DNA of 51,860 nt from a candidate division WOR-3 bacterium (lineage in GTDB: Bacteria; Hydrothermota; UBA3073; JACQXS01): assembly GCA_023129235.1 (NCBI GenBank), contig JAGMCN010000046.1, forward strand, positions 1 through 51,860. Reading direction: 5' to 3'. Shown one piece after another: positions 27,025 to 34,561 of this stretch (the first letter of the stretch is position 1; each line of letters starts with the position of its first letter). The notes under the pieces were generated by a model, which did no database searches, was not told where the DNA came from, and saw nothing but the letters and a program-made list of their open reading frames with translations. The translations under genes and the position numbers were made by a program.

Positions 27025-28681
27025 ATTTCCAAAAGAATATTTCAAAGATGATATCGGAGAACCAGATAAGATTTTTACTACCTACTATCAATTTGATTCT
27101 AGAGGAAGATTAATCCAACCTTGGAGTCCTTATCAGAAATTTATATTTACTACTTCACCTGGATCCAAAGATGTAAAAGCAGGAAGTGAGTCGCCAGCTT
27201 CAGAACCTTTAACAGATCCTGGCTCCATAAAAACTGGGTATCTTTATGCAGATACGGCTATAAAATGTGGTCCTCAAGATGGATGGATTGTAATTATCCA
27301 AGGAGGAAATGAGGAATACCCAATCATCTATATAAATGAAACTACAAATGTAGCAAATTTTTGGGTTGATAAGAATGGAAATGTTTATTTAAGCGGAGAG
27401 ATTCATGCATCTGCTGGGGTAATTGGTGGATGGACTATTACTACTACTTCTTTAGAGGCTTCTGATATTTATTTATATTCAACAGGAACCATTCAATTAA
27501 AAGGAGCAGCAGATGTAATTATTTGGGATGATACTACGGGTGGCGTATCACCTCCTACTGGAGAAGCTGCTGATATAATATTTCCTAGGACGGATGATAA
27601 TGATATGTATTTCAGGATTCGAAAGCGAGCAGGAATAAATGTAGATAGTGAAAATGTTTTAGAGATGTATTATTCAAAACCTTCTGCATCCCGAAATTAT
27701 GTTTTTATAGGACGAGATGGGACTGCGCTTGCATATTATACTGATGTGATTGCTGAATCAGTGGCTCAGCTTTGGCAAACAGGAACAGCAGGAATTATGA
27801 TCCCATTGGATTTTAATGAGATTCAGATTTATAACTCTTTAGCACCAGGGTCTATAATGGATGCAGGCGGTACTAGAGTTGTAATATTTCCTAAAGAATG
27901 CACAACTCCAGTTCCTTATTGTCCCTTAGATGGAAGTGGAGGATCTGTAATTGCTTTTGGATATTCAACAAATGCAGGAGCTACTGCACTTCAATTATGG
28001 ATTGATCATAATGGAATTTGTATAGCAAATGAACCAGTTTATCCTTATTCAGACCAAGGATGTGATTTAGGTTCATTAGGAATAGATGATGGCTGTGGAG
28101 CAGGATTAACTCCTAGATATTGGAAAGATCTATATATTAAAGGTCATTTTAGAGATGGAGTGAATAATAAAACTTTAGCTGATCTTGTAGCAGGAACTGG
28201 TTTATTATCTGGTTTAACTATTGATGTTGATAAGGATTGGCAAGCTAAACATATTACTAATATTGGGCGTTTAAGTTGTGCACTCTTAAATGTTAATTGT
28301 AGCTCGATGCAAAATACAATTGCAGGTGATCTTCATCTACAAGGAGATTTAATATTCAATGCTACTAGAGATATCAAAAGAATAGCAGATATTTGTTTTT
28401 CTTTTGAGGCTGCTAATATTAAAGCAGGAAAGAACTTAGTACCATCAGGAGCCTTTACTTTAGGATCTGTAGGAAGTCAATGGACTGATATTAGAGCAGT
28501 AGATGAAACTTTATCTGGTGACCTTCAGGTAGACGGAGCTACAAGAGTAAACGGCCAGATTTGGGGAGGTAGTTTAAAATTAGATACTCTAATGTTCGGA
28601 GGAGCAATAATTCCAGATTCTTGGTTCTCAGCTACAATAGGAGGAGCCAATATAAAAATTTGTTGTAGGACTGCTCCCTAA
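27011..28681 (+). CDS. tail fibre / tail spike-like protein
   Basis: 556 aa, Gly/Thr/Ile-rich beta composition. AGVIGGWTITTTSL is a motif common in phage tail fibre proteins. Last gene of the tail block. Confidence 0.55.
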   Translation: MADTKFPKEYFKDDIGEPDKIFTTYYQFDSRGRLIQPWSPYQKFIFTTSPGSKDVKAGSESPASEPLTDPGSIKTGYLYADTAIKCGPQDGWIVIIQGGNEEYPIIYINETTNVANFWVDKNGNVYLSGEIHASAGVIGGWTITTTSLEASDIYLYSTGTIQLKGAADVIIWDDTTGGVSPPTGEAADIIFPRTDDNDMYFRIRKRAGINVDSENVLEMYYSKPSASRNYVFIGRDGTALAYYTDVIAESVAQLWQTGTAGIMIPLDFNEIQIYNSLAPGSIMDAGGTRVVIFPKECTTPVPYCPLDGSGGSVIAFGYSTNAGATALQLWIDHNGICIANEPVYPYSDQGCDLGSLGIDDGCGAGLTPRYWKDLYIKGHFRDGVNNKTLADLVAGTGLLSGLTIDVDKDWQAKHITNIGRLSCALLNVNCSSMQNTIAGDLHLQGDLIFNATRDIKRIADICFSFEAANIKAGKNLVPSGAFTLGSVGSQWTDIRAVDETLSGDLQVDGATRVNGQIWGGSLKLDTLMFGGAIIPDSWFSATIGGANIKICCRTAP

Positions 28682-28686
28682 TCCTC

Positions 28687-28717
28687 TTGACAACATCTTG
28701 TAGTTTCATGTTATAAT
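28687..28717 (+). promoter_or_regulatory. sigma70-like promoter with perfect extended -10
   Basis: TTGACA (28687..28692) and TGtTATAAT (28709..28717). The spacer is 19 nt, which is long. Confidence 0.4.
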
Positions 28718-28726
28718 TAAAGAAAT

Positions 28727-29053
28727 ATGATAATCTTAACTAAATTAAACGATCCGATTCGGACTATCAAAGGAGGTTTTATAAAAGATCTAGCAGGAAC
28801 CGAAAATCTTTCTTATAAATCAGCTCTGATTTCTATATGTGAAATGTATCGTCCTCAACTCCCAGGTTCTGGTCAGCAATTGAAAGCCTATGATTTAGGA
28901 ATTAGAATTCAAAAGGCTAAGGATAATTTAGAATTATCAGAAGAAGAACTTCAGATTCTTAAAGATTTCGTTAAAAATTCTCAAATCTTCTTTGCAGTTA
29001 TTATAGGTCGATTAAATGAATATCTAGAAAAGTTTGAAACCAAAACAAAATAA
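28727..29053 (+). CDS. hypothetical protein
   Basis: Track ORF of 108 aa. No TM segment or motif recognised. Confidence 0.5.
   Translation: MIILTKLNDPIRTIKGGFIKDLAGTENLSYKSALISICEMYRPQLPGSGQQLKAYDLGIRIQKAKDNLELSEEELQILKDFVKNSQIFFAVIIGRLNEYLEKFETKTK
29003..29010 (+). promoter_or_regulatory. ATAGGTCG, variant copy of the AAAGGTCG motif
   Basis: One mismatch to the core. Lies 43 nt upstream of the ATG at 29053. Confidence 0.2.
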
Positions 29054-29163
29054 TGGCAATCAAAGGAAAGATCGCAATTTTTATTCAAGCGCCTCCCAAG
29101 AAAGAAAATAAGGTTAAAAAAAAGGAAATCCATAAATTAAAAAGGTCGACTCCTAAAAAATAA
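29053..29163 (+). CDS. possible small basic peptide (36 aa), not in the track
   Basis: Its ATG overlaps the upstream stop (TAATG). Translation: MAIKGKIAIFIQAPPKKENKVKKKEIHKLKRSTPKK. Confidence 0.25.
   Translation: MAIKGKIAIFIQAPPKKENKVKKKEIHKLKRSTPKK
29141..29148 (+). promoter_or_regulatory. AAAGGTCG motif, copy 5
   Basis: 59 nt upstream of the ATG at 29207. Followed by TAAAAAAT at 29154..29161. Confidence 0.25.
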
Positions 29164-29206
29164 ACCTAGGATAGTAGGGCTTGATCCCTATTCTCCTCAT
29201 CTAATC

Positions 29207-29335
29207 ATGTTATTTTATATCAAAAACCAAGAAGAAGAAGGTGAAGAAGCTGAGAAGAAAGAAGAAGAAGAAAAGAAAGAAGAAACTTCCGAAACTGAAA
29301 CTCCAGAAGAAGGGGACGAAAGTTCCGGGGAATAG
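29207..29335 (+). CDS. possible small highly acidic peptide (42 aa), not in the track
   Basis: ATG at 29207 to TAG at 29333..29335. Translation: MLFYIKNQEEEGEEAEKKEEEEKKEETSETETPEEGDESSGE. The low complexity makes coding status uncertain. Confidence 0.2.
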   Translation: MLFYIKNQEEEGEEAEKKEEEEKKEETSETETPEEGDESSGE

Positions 29336-29340
29336 ATTTA

Positions 29341-29408
29341 GGAGTCGGTCAGAAGAAGGTCTGTAATCATCTTGTTAAATAACGGGTTCGAATCCCGTTC
29401 CGACTCCA
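29341..29408 (+). ncRNA. tRNA-like element (non-canonical: no anticodon stem found)
   Basis: Acceptor-type helix GGAGTCGG (29341..29348) / CCGACTCC (29400..29407). D-like arm CAGA-AGAAGG-TCTG (29350..29363). Canonical T arm ACGGG-TTCGAAT-CCCGT (29382..29398). Region 29364..29381 forms no 5-bp anticodon stem by eye, and one extra nt (29399) separates the T stem from the acceptor helix. Confidence 0.35.
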
Positions 29409-30493
29409 TGTTTAATTTTATTTTTAATTTCTTTCGAAGGTCTAAAGTTCCTATGGATGCTTTAGGAGTTATAGAAGATCCAAGACCAAAGGAAGAAAAA
29501 AGAACAGATTATAATTCAAGTGAGATAGTAAGTTATACCCCTATAAAATGGCGGAAAGTTTTAGAACAAGATTGGAGACAGTATCCTATTTTTCATCAGG
29601 ATGGATCTTCATCATGTTTAGCTCAAGCTGTTTCAAAAACTCTAGGGATTGAGAACTATCTTGAAGAAAAGAAGTTCGTTCATTTCTCAGCACGGGATAT
29701 TTATTCACAACGAAAGAATTATCCTGATAAAGGAATGTGGTTTCAGGACGGGATGAGGATTGGGTATGAAAAAGGCGTAACCTTAGAACAGCTTATGCTT
29801 TCTCAAAACTTGTCAGAGTCTGAAATGAATAAAAGTAATGATAGAAAAGAAATAGACAAACAGATTGCATTAGTAGGTAAAGGAGGTAACTACCTAGCAG
29901 TTCCTCTTAATATCGAAGCAATAGCTCAGATAATAGAAGGATTAGGAAAACCAGTGGTTATTGGAGTAAAATTTGGTTCTTATGAATGGAATAAACCAGT
30001 ACCTCAGATTTTAGTAAGCCAGACAAAATATCATCATGCGATTGTTGCAACTAATGCAATCTTATATGATCATCAGAAATGTTTGGTCATTGAAGATTCA
30101 TGGGGTTTAGATTCAGGAATGAATGGTAGAAGAATTGTTTCCGAAGAATGGTTTAAGGAAAAGAGAATCAGTGCAGCTTGGTACTTTAAAGCTTTAAAGA
30201 ATACGTGGCGTGATAAAGAAATAAAACCTGCAAAACCTAAATGGCAGTTTAATAAAGATCTTATCTTTTGTCAGAGAAATTCAGATATTGAAATGCTCCA
30301 AAAGATTTTAAAGTATGAAGAAATGTTTCCTCAAGCAGTAGATATCACAGGTTTTTATGGTGCTATCACAGCTAGAGGAGTTCTGGAATTTCAAAGAAAA
30401 TATAAAGTAGCTTCGGAAGTAGAGCTCGACTTGGTCAAAGGTTTTCGAGTAGGACCTAAGACCAGAGTAGTTCTGAATCTGAAGTATATATAA
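29408..30493 (+). CDS. endolysin: papain-like (C1-type) cysteine peptidase + C-terminal PG_binding_1 domain
   Basis: Catalytic pattern Q-x5-C (HQDGSSSCLAQA), HHAIVATNA and IEDSWG (compare papain Q19/C25, H159, NSWG). C-terminal GFYGAITARGVLEFQRKYKV...GFRVGPKTRVVL is a peptidoglycan-binding repeat. ATG 29408 is preferred over the track TTG 29372, which lies inside the tRNA-like element. Confidence 0.7.
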   Translation: MFNFIFNFFRRSKVPMDALGVIEDPRPKEEKRTDYNSSEIVSYTPIKWRKVLEQDWRQYPIFHQDGSSSCLAQAVSKTLGIENYLEEKKFVHFSARDIYSQRKNYPDKGMWFQDGMRIGYEKGVTLEQLMLSQNLSESEMNKSNDRKEIDKQIALVGKGGNYLAVPLNIEAIAQIIEGLGKPVVIGVKFGSYEWNKPVPQILVSQTKYHHAIVATNAILYDHQKCLVIEDSWGLDSGMNGRRIVSEEWFKEKRISAAWYFKALKNTWRDKEIKPAKPKWQFNKDLIFCQRNSDIEMLQKILKYEEMFPQAVDITGFYGAITARGVLEFQRKYKVASEVELDLVKGFRVGPKTRVVLNLKYI

Positions 30494-30494
30494 T

Positions 30495-30502
30495 AAAGGT
30501 CG
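30495..30502 (+). promoter_or_regulatory. AAAGGTCG motif, copy 6
   Basis: Intergenic, 31 nt upstream of the ATG at 30533. TAATAAT follows at 30508..30514. Confidence 0.3.
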
Positions 30503-30532
30503 ATCTTTAATAATTTAACCCATTATCAATAG

Positions 30533-31180
30533 ATGGCTGTTCCGGCTAAAGTTACTGGTGGAGGCCCAAACGATGCGACTCAATGTTTTAAGATAAGCTT
30601 TTCAACAGCACTATCTCAAGCTCCTACTATAGAATCTTGGGATAATTCACAGGCATATCCTGCTACCGATGAATATGGTACCACAACCGCGAAGGAAATC
30701 TTTACGGGAACGACAGTAAATAGTAGTTACCCGATGTTAGCCGCTTGGTCAGGTGGAGCTGAATCTTCAGGAAATCTTCCTGGAAGCGCTACTTGGCATC
30801 CATCTTCACCTGTTGTAGGGAGTAATAATCCAAATCTTTTAATTGGTGTTACATCATATGTTACGTGTACAAATACTCCTGGCGCTGGTGGAGACACAGT
30901 CTTCAATCTTTCTTTAAAAGCACCTTCAGATGCAACTGTTCCATCGACTATTGGCATGGCCCATTTAGTTCAAGTGAGATTCTATTATACTGGAGCTGCT
31001 CCTGTCCTTGCTGTTACTTTTAACGAGGGTACAGAAGCAATTCCATCATGGACTATTCTTACTCCTGGGACTCATGGGATTCAATATTGTGAAGCAGATA
31101 CTCTAGTAGGAAATTATCAACTTACTTTGCCACAAGAAGGATTACAGAAGACAGCGCCTGAGGTCTGGGTAACAACATAG
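30533..31180 (+). CDS. hypothetical Thr/Ser/Gly/Ala-rich beta protein (possibly structural)
   Basis: Track ORF of 215 aa. Locally higher G+C and non-repetitive. No motif recognised. Confidence 0.5.
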   Translation: MAVPAKVTGGGPNDATQCFKISFSTALSQAPTIESWDNSQAYPATDEYGTTTAKEIFTGTTVNSSYPMLAAWSGGAESSGNLPGSATWHPSSPVVGSNNPNLLIGVTSYVTCTNTPGAGGDTVFNLSLKAPSDATVPSTIGMAHLVQVRFYYTGAAPVLAVTFNEGTEAIPSWTILTPGTHGIQYCEADTLVGNYQLTLPQEGLQKTAPEVWVTT

Positions 31181-31181
31181 T

Positions 31182-31391
31182 ATGCCTAAATGTTCAAAGT
31201 GCGGAAAAAGTTTTCCCGGAGGCAATCAAAAAGGCCAAAATCAAACCCTCTTCGTCTGTATGACTTGCCAGGATAAAATTAATCTTCCGGCTTGGAAAGA
31301 AGAGCTGACTAAGATGGAAAGAAGTGGAAGTCCTGGTTATAAGGAACGGATAAAGTTTCTTAGAAAAAAGATAAAAAGCGTAGAGGACTAG
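31182..31391 (+). CDS. small zinc-ribbon protein
   Basis: CSKCGK...(17 aa)...CMTCQ forms two CxxC pairs. Confidence 0.5.
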   Translation: MPKCSKCGKSFPGGNQKGQNQTLFVCMTCQDKINLPAWKEELTKMERSGSPGYKERIKFLRKKIKSVED

Positions 31392-31471
31392 GCTTATGGG
31401 TTTATCGGCCTACGACAAGCTAAAGCATTCTTTGTGGGCTTAGCAGTCGTAAGTTAATTCGATCCTAGCTC

Positions 31472-31927
31472 ATGTTTATAGTTACTACAGCTAACAATAA
31501 AATATATAAGGAAGGTTCGGGTGGTTCCGATCAAGCTTCATTTACTTGGGATAATATTCCTCATGATGTAGTTATCGCTCAGATACAATTGACCTATCCA
31601 TTCCGAGTTCAACTCAAAGGAAAAGCTGGGAAAGCCAAGAAAGATTTTGCTCCTTTATTAACTATCGGTAGGTATCACCGATATTATTTTTCTAACGAAT
31701 CAACAGTTCAGATGTTATATCAAGGTTCAGTCCCTCTCCAAGTCGGCAATACCCGGTTGGAGGCGAAAATTGTTGGTGGGATAGATGATGATAAGAAAAT
31801 TGTAGTAGAGGTTCGATTAGATAAATCTGGGAATTGTACAATTAACAGATTCCCTCTTAGTCTCCTAGAAGCTAGAATTAAACAAGGGACTTTTAGAGAA
31901 GATATAATTAGAAAAGGCGATATGTAA
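31472..31927 (+). CDS. hypothetical protein
   Basis: Track ORF of 151 aa, bracketed by inverted-repeat sequence (see findings). Confidence 0.5.
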   Translation: MFIVTTANNKIYKEGSGGSDQASFTWDNIPHDVVIAQIQLTYPFRVQLKGKAGKAKKDFAPLLTIGRYHRYYFSNESTVQMLYQGSVPLQVGNTRLEAKIVGGIDDDKKIVVEVRLDKSGNCTINRFPLSLLEARIKQGTFREDIIRKGDM

Positions 31928-32025
31928 CGCCTTTTTATTGTTGCCGCGTTAGCGGTTATCCGTAGGCATAAGCCTATTATGAAACAGTTCAAATAGTTGA
32001 ATTGCCTAGGGATAGGTAATTTTTT

Positions 32026-32967
32026 ATGGCTAAGATTAGATATAATTTGGACTACTGGGAAATTCTTTTAAAGCAGAATTCTAAGACAGCTCAAGAAATT
32101 TGTGAATTGAGGTGGAGTTTTGTAGCCTGTGTTGCTCCTCTTATTATTTTAGATTATGGCTGTGGTCCTGGTTGGTTTAGAGCTTTTCGGCCGACTGGAG
32201 TAGAGGTGGATACATATGATATTGCTCCTTGGCCCCAGACCGGAATTCTTCATGATCACTATGATTTGATTACATTCTGGGATGTGTTTGAGCATATTCG
32301 AGATTTAGATAGTTTGATTCCTTTATTTGGAAAGGCTAGAAATATCGCGATGACTATTCCTATTTTACCTAAAGGAAAAAAACTAAAAGAATGGAAACAT
32401 TATAAGCCAGGGGAACATTTCCATTACTTTTCAAAAGATTCGATTGTGAGTGTTATGGATCAATATGGCTTTAAAAAAGTTAAGGAGGGTTGGCCCGAGG
32501 TAGATTGTGGTATTCGTGAGAATATTTATTCTATTTTGTTTCAAGCTAAAAAAAAGACGGTTGTTTTTACAAACGGAGTATTTGATCTGATTCATCCTGG
32601 CCATCTCTATATTTTAGAGAAGGCAAAAGCTTTAGGAGATAAACTAATCGTAGGATTAGACTCAGATCGAAATGTTCAGAGGTTAGATAAGAAACCAAAA
32701 CGTCCAGTCAATAATCAAGAAATCAGAAAGAAAGTAGTGGAGGCTCTACAATGGGTAGATGAAGTAAGAGTCTTTGACGATCATAATGAATTAAAAACTA
32801 TGTTAAGAGAGATCCAACCAGATTTTATGGTGAAAGGTGGAGATTATAGAAAGGAGCAAATAGTTGGAGCTAAGATTGTAGAAGATCTTGGAGGTCAGAT
32901 TGTGATTATTCCTTATCTCGAAGGTAAATCAACAACTAGTTTAATTAATCAAATTCGTGGACTATGA
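32026..32967 (+). CDS. hldC: bifunctional protein: class I SAM methyltransferase-like N-domain + D-beta-D-heptose 1-phosphate adenylyltransferase (HldE domain II / HldC type)
   Basis: The N-terminal part has LDYGCGPGW (SAM motif I) and FWDVFEHI. The C-terminal part, VVFTNGVFDLIHPGHLYILEKAKALGDKLIVGLDSD...RPVNNQEIR...PDFMVKGGDY...GKSTTSLINQI, aligns block for block with E. coli HldE domain II (MTNGVFDILHAGHVSYL...RPVN...PDLLVKGGDY...STTNII). Confidence 0.85.
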   Translation: MAKIRYNLDYWEILLKQNSKTAQEICELRWSFVACVAPLIILDYGCGPGWFRAFRPTGVEVDTYDIAPWPQTGILHDHYDLITFWDVFEHIRDLDSLIPLFGKARNIAMTIPILPKGKKLKEWKHYKPGEHFHYFSKDSIVSVMDQYGFKKVKEGWPEVDCGIRENIYSILFQAKKKTVVFTNGVFDLIHPGHLYILEKAKALGDKLIVGLDSDRNVQRLDKKPKRPVNNQEIRKKVVEALQWVDEVRVFDDHNELKTMLREIQPDFMVKGGDYRKEQIVGAKIVEDLGGQIVIIPYLEGKSTTSLINQIRGL

Positions 32968-33137
32968 AAAATTGGTTTAAGAAATTAAAATTATTCTTCA
33001 CTTGGAAATGTCCATATCGAAAGATTTGCCCCCAATACGATAAAAAAGGAACGTGTAAGGAAGGACCTTGGGTGTATTGTGGAAAATATTGGGAATTAAA
33101 AAAGAAAGAGAATGATAAAAATAGCACTGGTAGGTGA
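32964..33137 (+). CDS. possible small Cys-rich protein (57 aa), not in the track
   Basis: Its ATG overlaps the upstream TGA (ATGA). Translation: MKNWFKKLKLFFTWKCPYRKICPQYDKKGTCKEGPWVYCGKYWELKKKENDKNSTGR, with four Cys. It overlaps the kinase start by 26 nt. Confidence 0.3.
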   Translation: MKNWFKKLKLFFTWKCPYRKICPQYDKKGTCKEGPWVYCGKYWELKKKENDKNSTGR

Positions 33138-34008
33138 TTCCTTTACAGATAAATATATCTTTGGTGAGGTTCATAGATTATCTCCAGAATCTCCAGTACC
33201 ATTATTAGACGTTTCACGTGAAGAAATAAGAGGTGGAGGAGCACTTGACGTTGCTAACTCTCTTCATGGACTTGGAATCAACTTTACTTTATTTACAATC
33301 ACAGAATTATTAGATCAGTCTTATGAAATAGTTTCTCCTAAAAGATCTGTTCCTTTAGTCAAGACTCGTTTTGTAACTGAGAACCATCATCTGCTAAGAG
33401 TTGATTCACCAAATGTTTATCAACAGAAGGATTTAAATAGAATGAGATATCCAAAGAAGGAAGACTGGGATATTATAGTGTTTATTGACTATCTTAAAGG
33501 TATAATTAAAGAAGGAGTAGCAACTCTTGTAGATACAAAAAAGCAAGACCTATCAGTTTTTAAAGGATCAAGATATCTTAAAGTAAATCAAAAGGAATGG
33601 GAGAACGCTTTTAATAAAGATTTTCCAGAGGCTTTTGTTACAAGGGGAAAATATGGAATTGATTATTATTCGAATGGCAAGTTCATGATGAATCTTCGGA
33701 ATACAGCTAAAGAAGTGATTGATGTGACAGGAGCTGGAGATGTAGTAATGGCAACAATAATTTATTGTCTTGCTCATAATATAAATAATCCAGGAGATAT
33801 GATGAGGTTAGCAAACACAGCTGCTGGGATATCTATAAGCAAGTTTGGAACACCCATCGTAACTCTTAAAGAATTAAATGCAGAACTTAAAAAGAGTCAT
33901 CAAAAAGTGGGGAACGGAGATATGGATCTCAAACAACCCAAATCTTCCGTATTGCGGAAAACTCCTGTTGTTGAAGAAAGGCTATCAAAGTTCAGTTCAT
34001 TATCATAA
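33112..34008 (+). CDS. hldA: D-beta-D-heptose 7-phosphate kinase (PfkB family; HldE domain I / HldA type)
   Basis: IALVGDSFTDKYIFGEVHRLSPESPVPLL...GGGALDVANSL and the PfkB signature DVTGAGDVVMATI align with HldE domain I. Homology ends near ...FGTPIVTLKELNAEL (about nt 33890). The last 40 or so codons look non-conserved and overlap the next ORF. Confidence 0.8.
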   Translation: MIKIALVGDSFTDKYIFGEVHRLSPESPVPLLDVSREEIRGGGALDVANSLHGLGINFTLFTITELLDQSYEIVSPKRSVPLVKTRFVTENHHLLRVDSPNVYQQKDLNRMRYPKKEDWDIIVFIDYLKGIIKEGVATLVDTKKQDLSVFKGSRYLKVNQKEWENAFNKDFPEAFVTRGKYGIDYYSNGKFMMNLRNTAKEVIDVTGAGDVVMATIIYCLAHNINNPGDMMRLANTAAGISISKFGTPIVTLKELNAELKKSHQKVGNGDMDLKQPKSSVLRKTPVVEERLSKFSSLS

Positions 34009-34561
34009 AATTAAAACCGAGACTTTCTATATTTATCGGGGGGTAGTTCTAATGCAATTAGGTAGAACTAATTTAAAGATATATAAGCTTCCAAGCGGAG
34101 GATGGATAGAGGATTCCATAGTATTACGTCAAGGAGATTCACAACATATAACTCCCGGAATGGCTCATCGGTTTATAGGCTATACAGATTCGGAAATAAT
34201 TGAATTTTCGACTCACCATCAAGATAGCGATAGTTTTCGAGATCCTAATGACCTATCGGGAAAAGCTTTTATAAAAGAAGGATATGATTGGGATGGGGTA
34301 GCAGATTCAGGGATGGCTCTTCAGGAAGCAGCACCTATAATAACAGGAAGAAGCTTTGAGGAAGCACACAAGATTCTAATTGAGAATCATGTTATCTATT
34401 ATAATCCAGTAACTTATTTTAAAAAGAACGATAGGAATTCAGCTGAGTGGAAAGCCGAAATGATTAAAAGACTTGATATCGAAATCTTTTATGAAGATAA
34501 TTGTGAGCAAGTTAAAATCCTGGAAAAATTATGCCCAAAATGTCTGATCGTAAAAGTATAA
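33878..34561 (+). CDS. cupin-fold sugar isomerase/epimerase-like domain fused to a short HAD-like (DxDGV) phosphatase-like domain
   Basis: Cupin blocks: KKWGTEIWI...GKLLLLKKGYQSSVHYHKIKTETFYI..G........GDSQHITPGMAHRF. The C-terminal part has GYDWDGVADSG (HAD motif I, DxDx[TV]) and FYEDN (motif IV-like). Confidence 0.5.
   Translation: MQNLKRVIKKWGTEIWISNNPNLPYCGKLLLLKKGYQSSVHYHKIKTETFYIYRGVVLMQLGRTNLKIYKLPSGGWIEDSIVLRQGDSQHITPGMAHRFIGYTDSEIIEFSTHHQDSDSFRDPNDLSGKAFIKEGYDWDGVADSGMALQEAAPIITGRSFEEAHKILIENHVIYYNPVTYFKKNDRNSAEWKAEMIKRLDIEIFYEDNCEQVKILEKLCPKCLIVKV

Noticed and set aside
29372-29407. Track start (TTG 29372) for the endolysin ORF
   Set aside because: The first 12 codons lie inside the tRNA-like element and translate its T arm. 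ATG 29408 gives a sensible N-terminus.
29341-29408. Calling this a bona fide tRNA gene with an assigned anticodon
   Set aside because: I could not form a 5-bp anticodon stem in any register. The element is about 6-9 nt too short and has an 8-bp acceptor helix with an extra unpaired base. It is reported only as tRNA-like, pending a covariance-model search.
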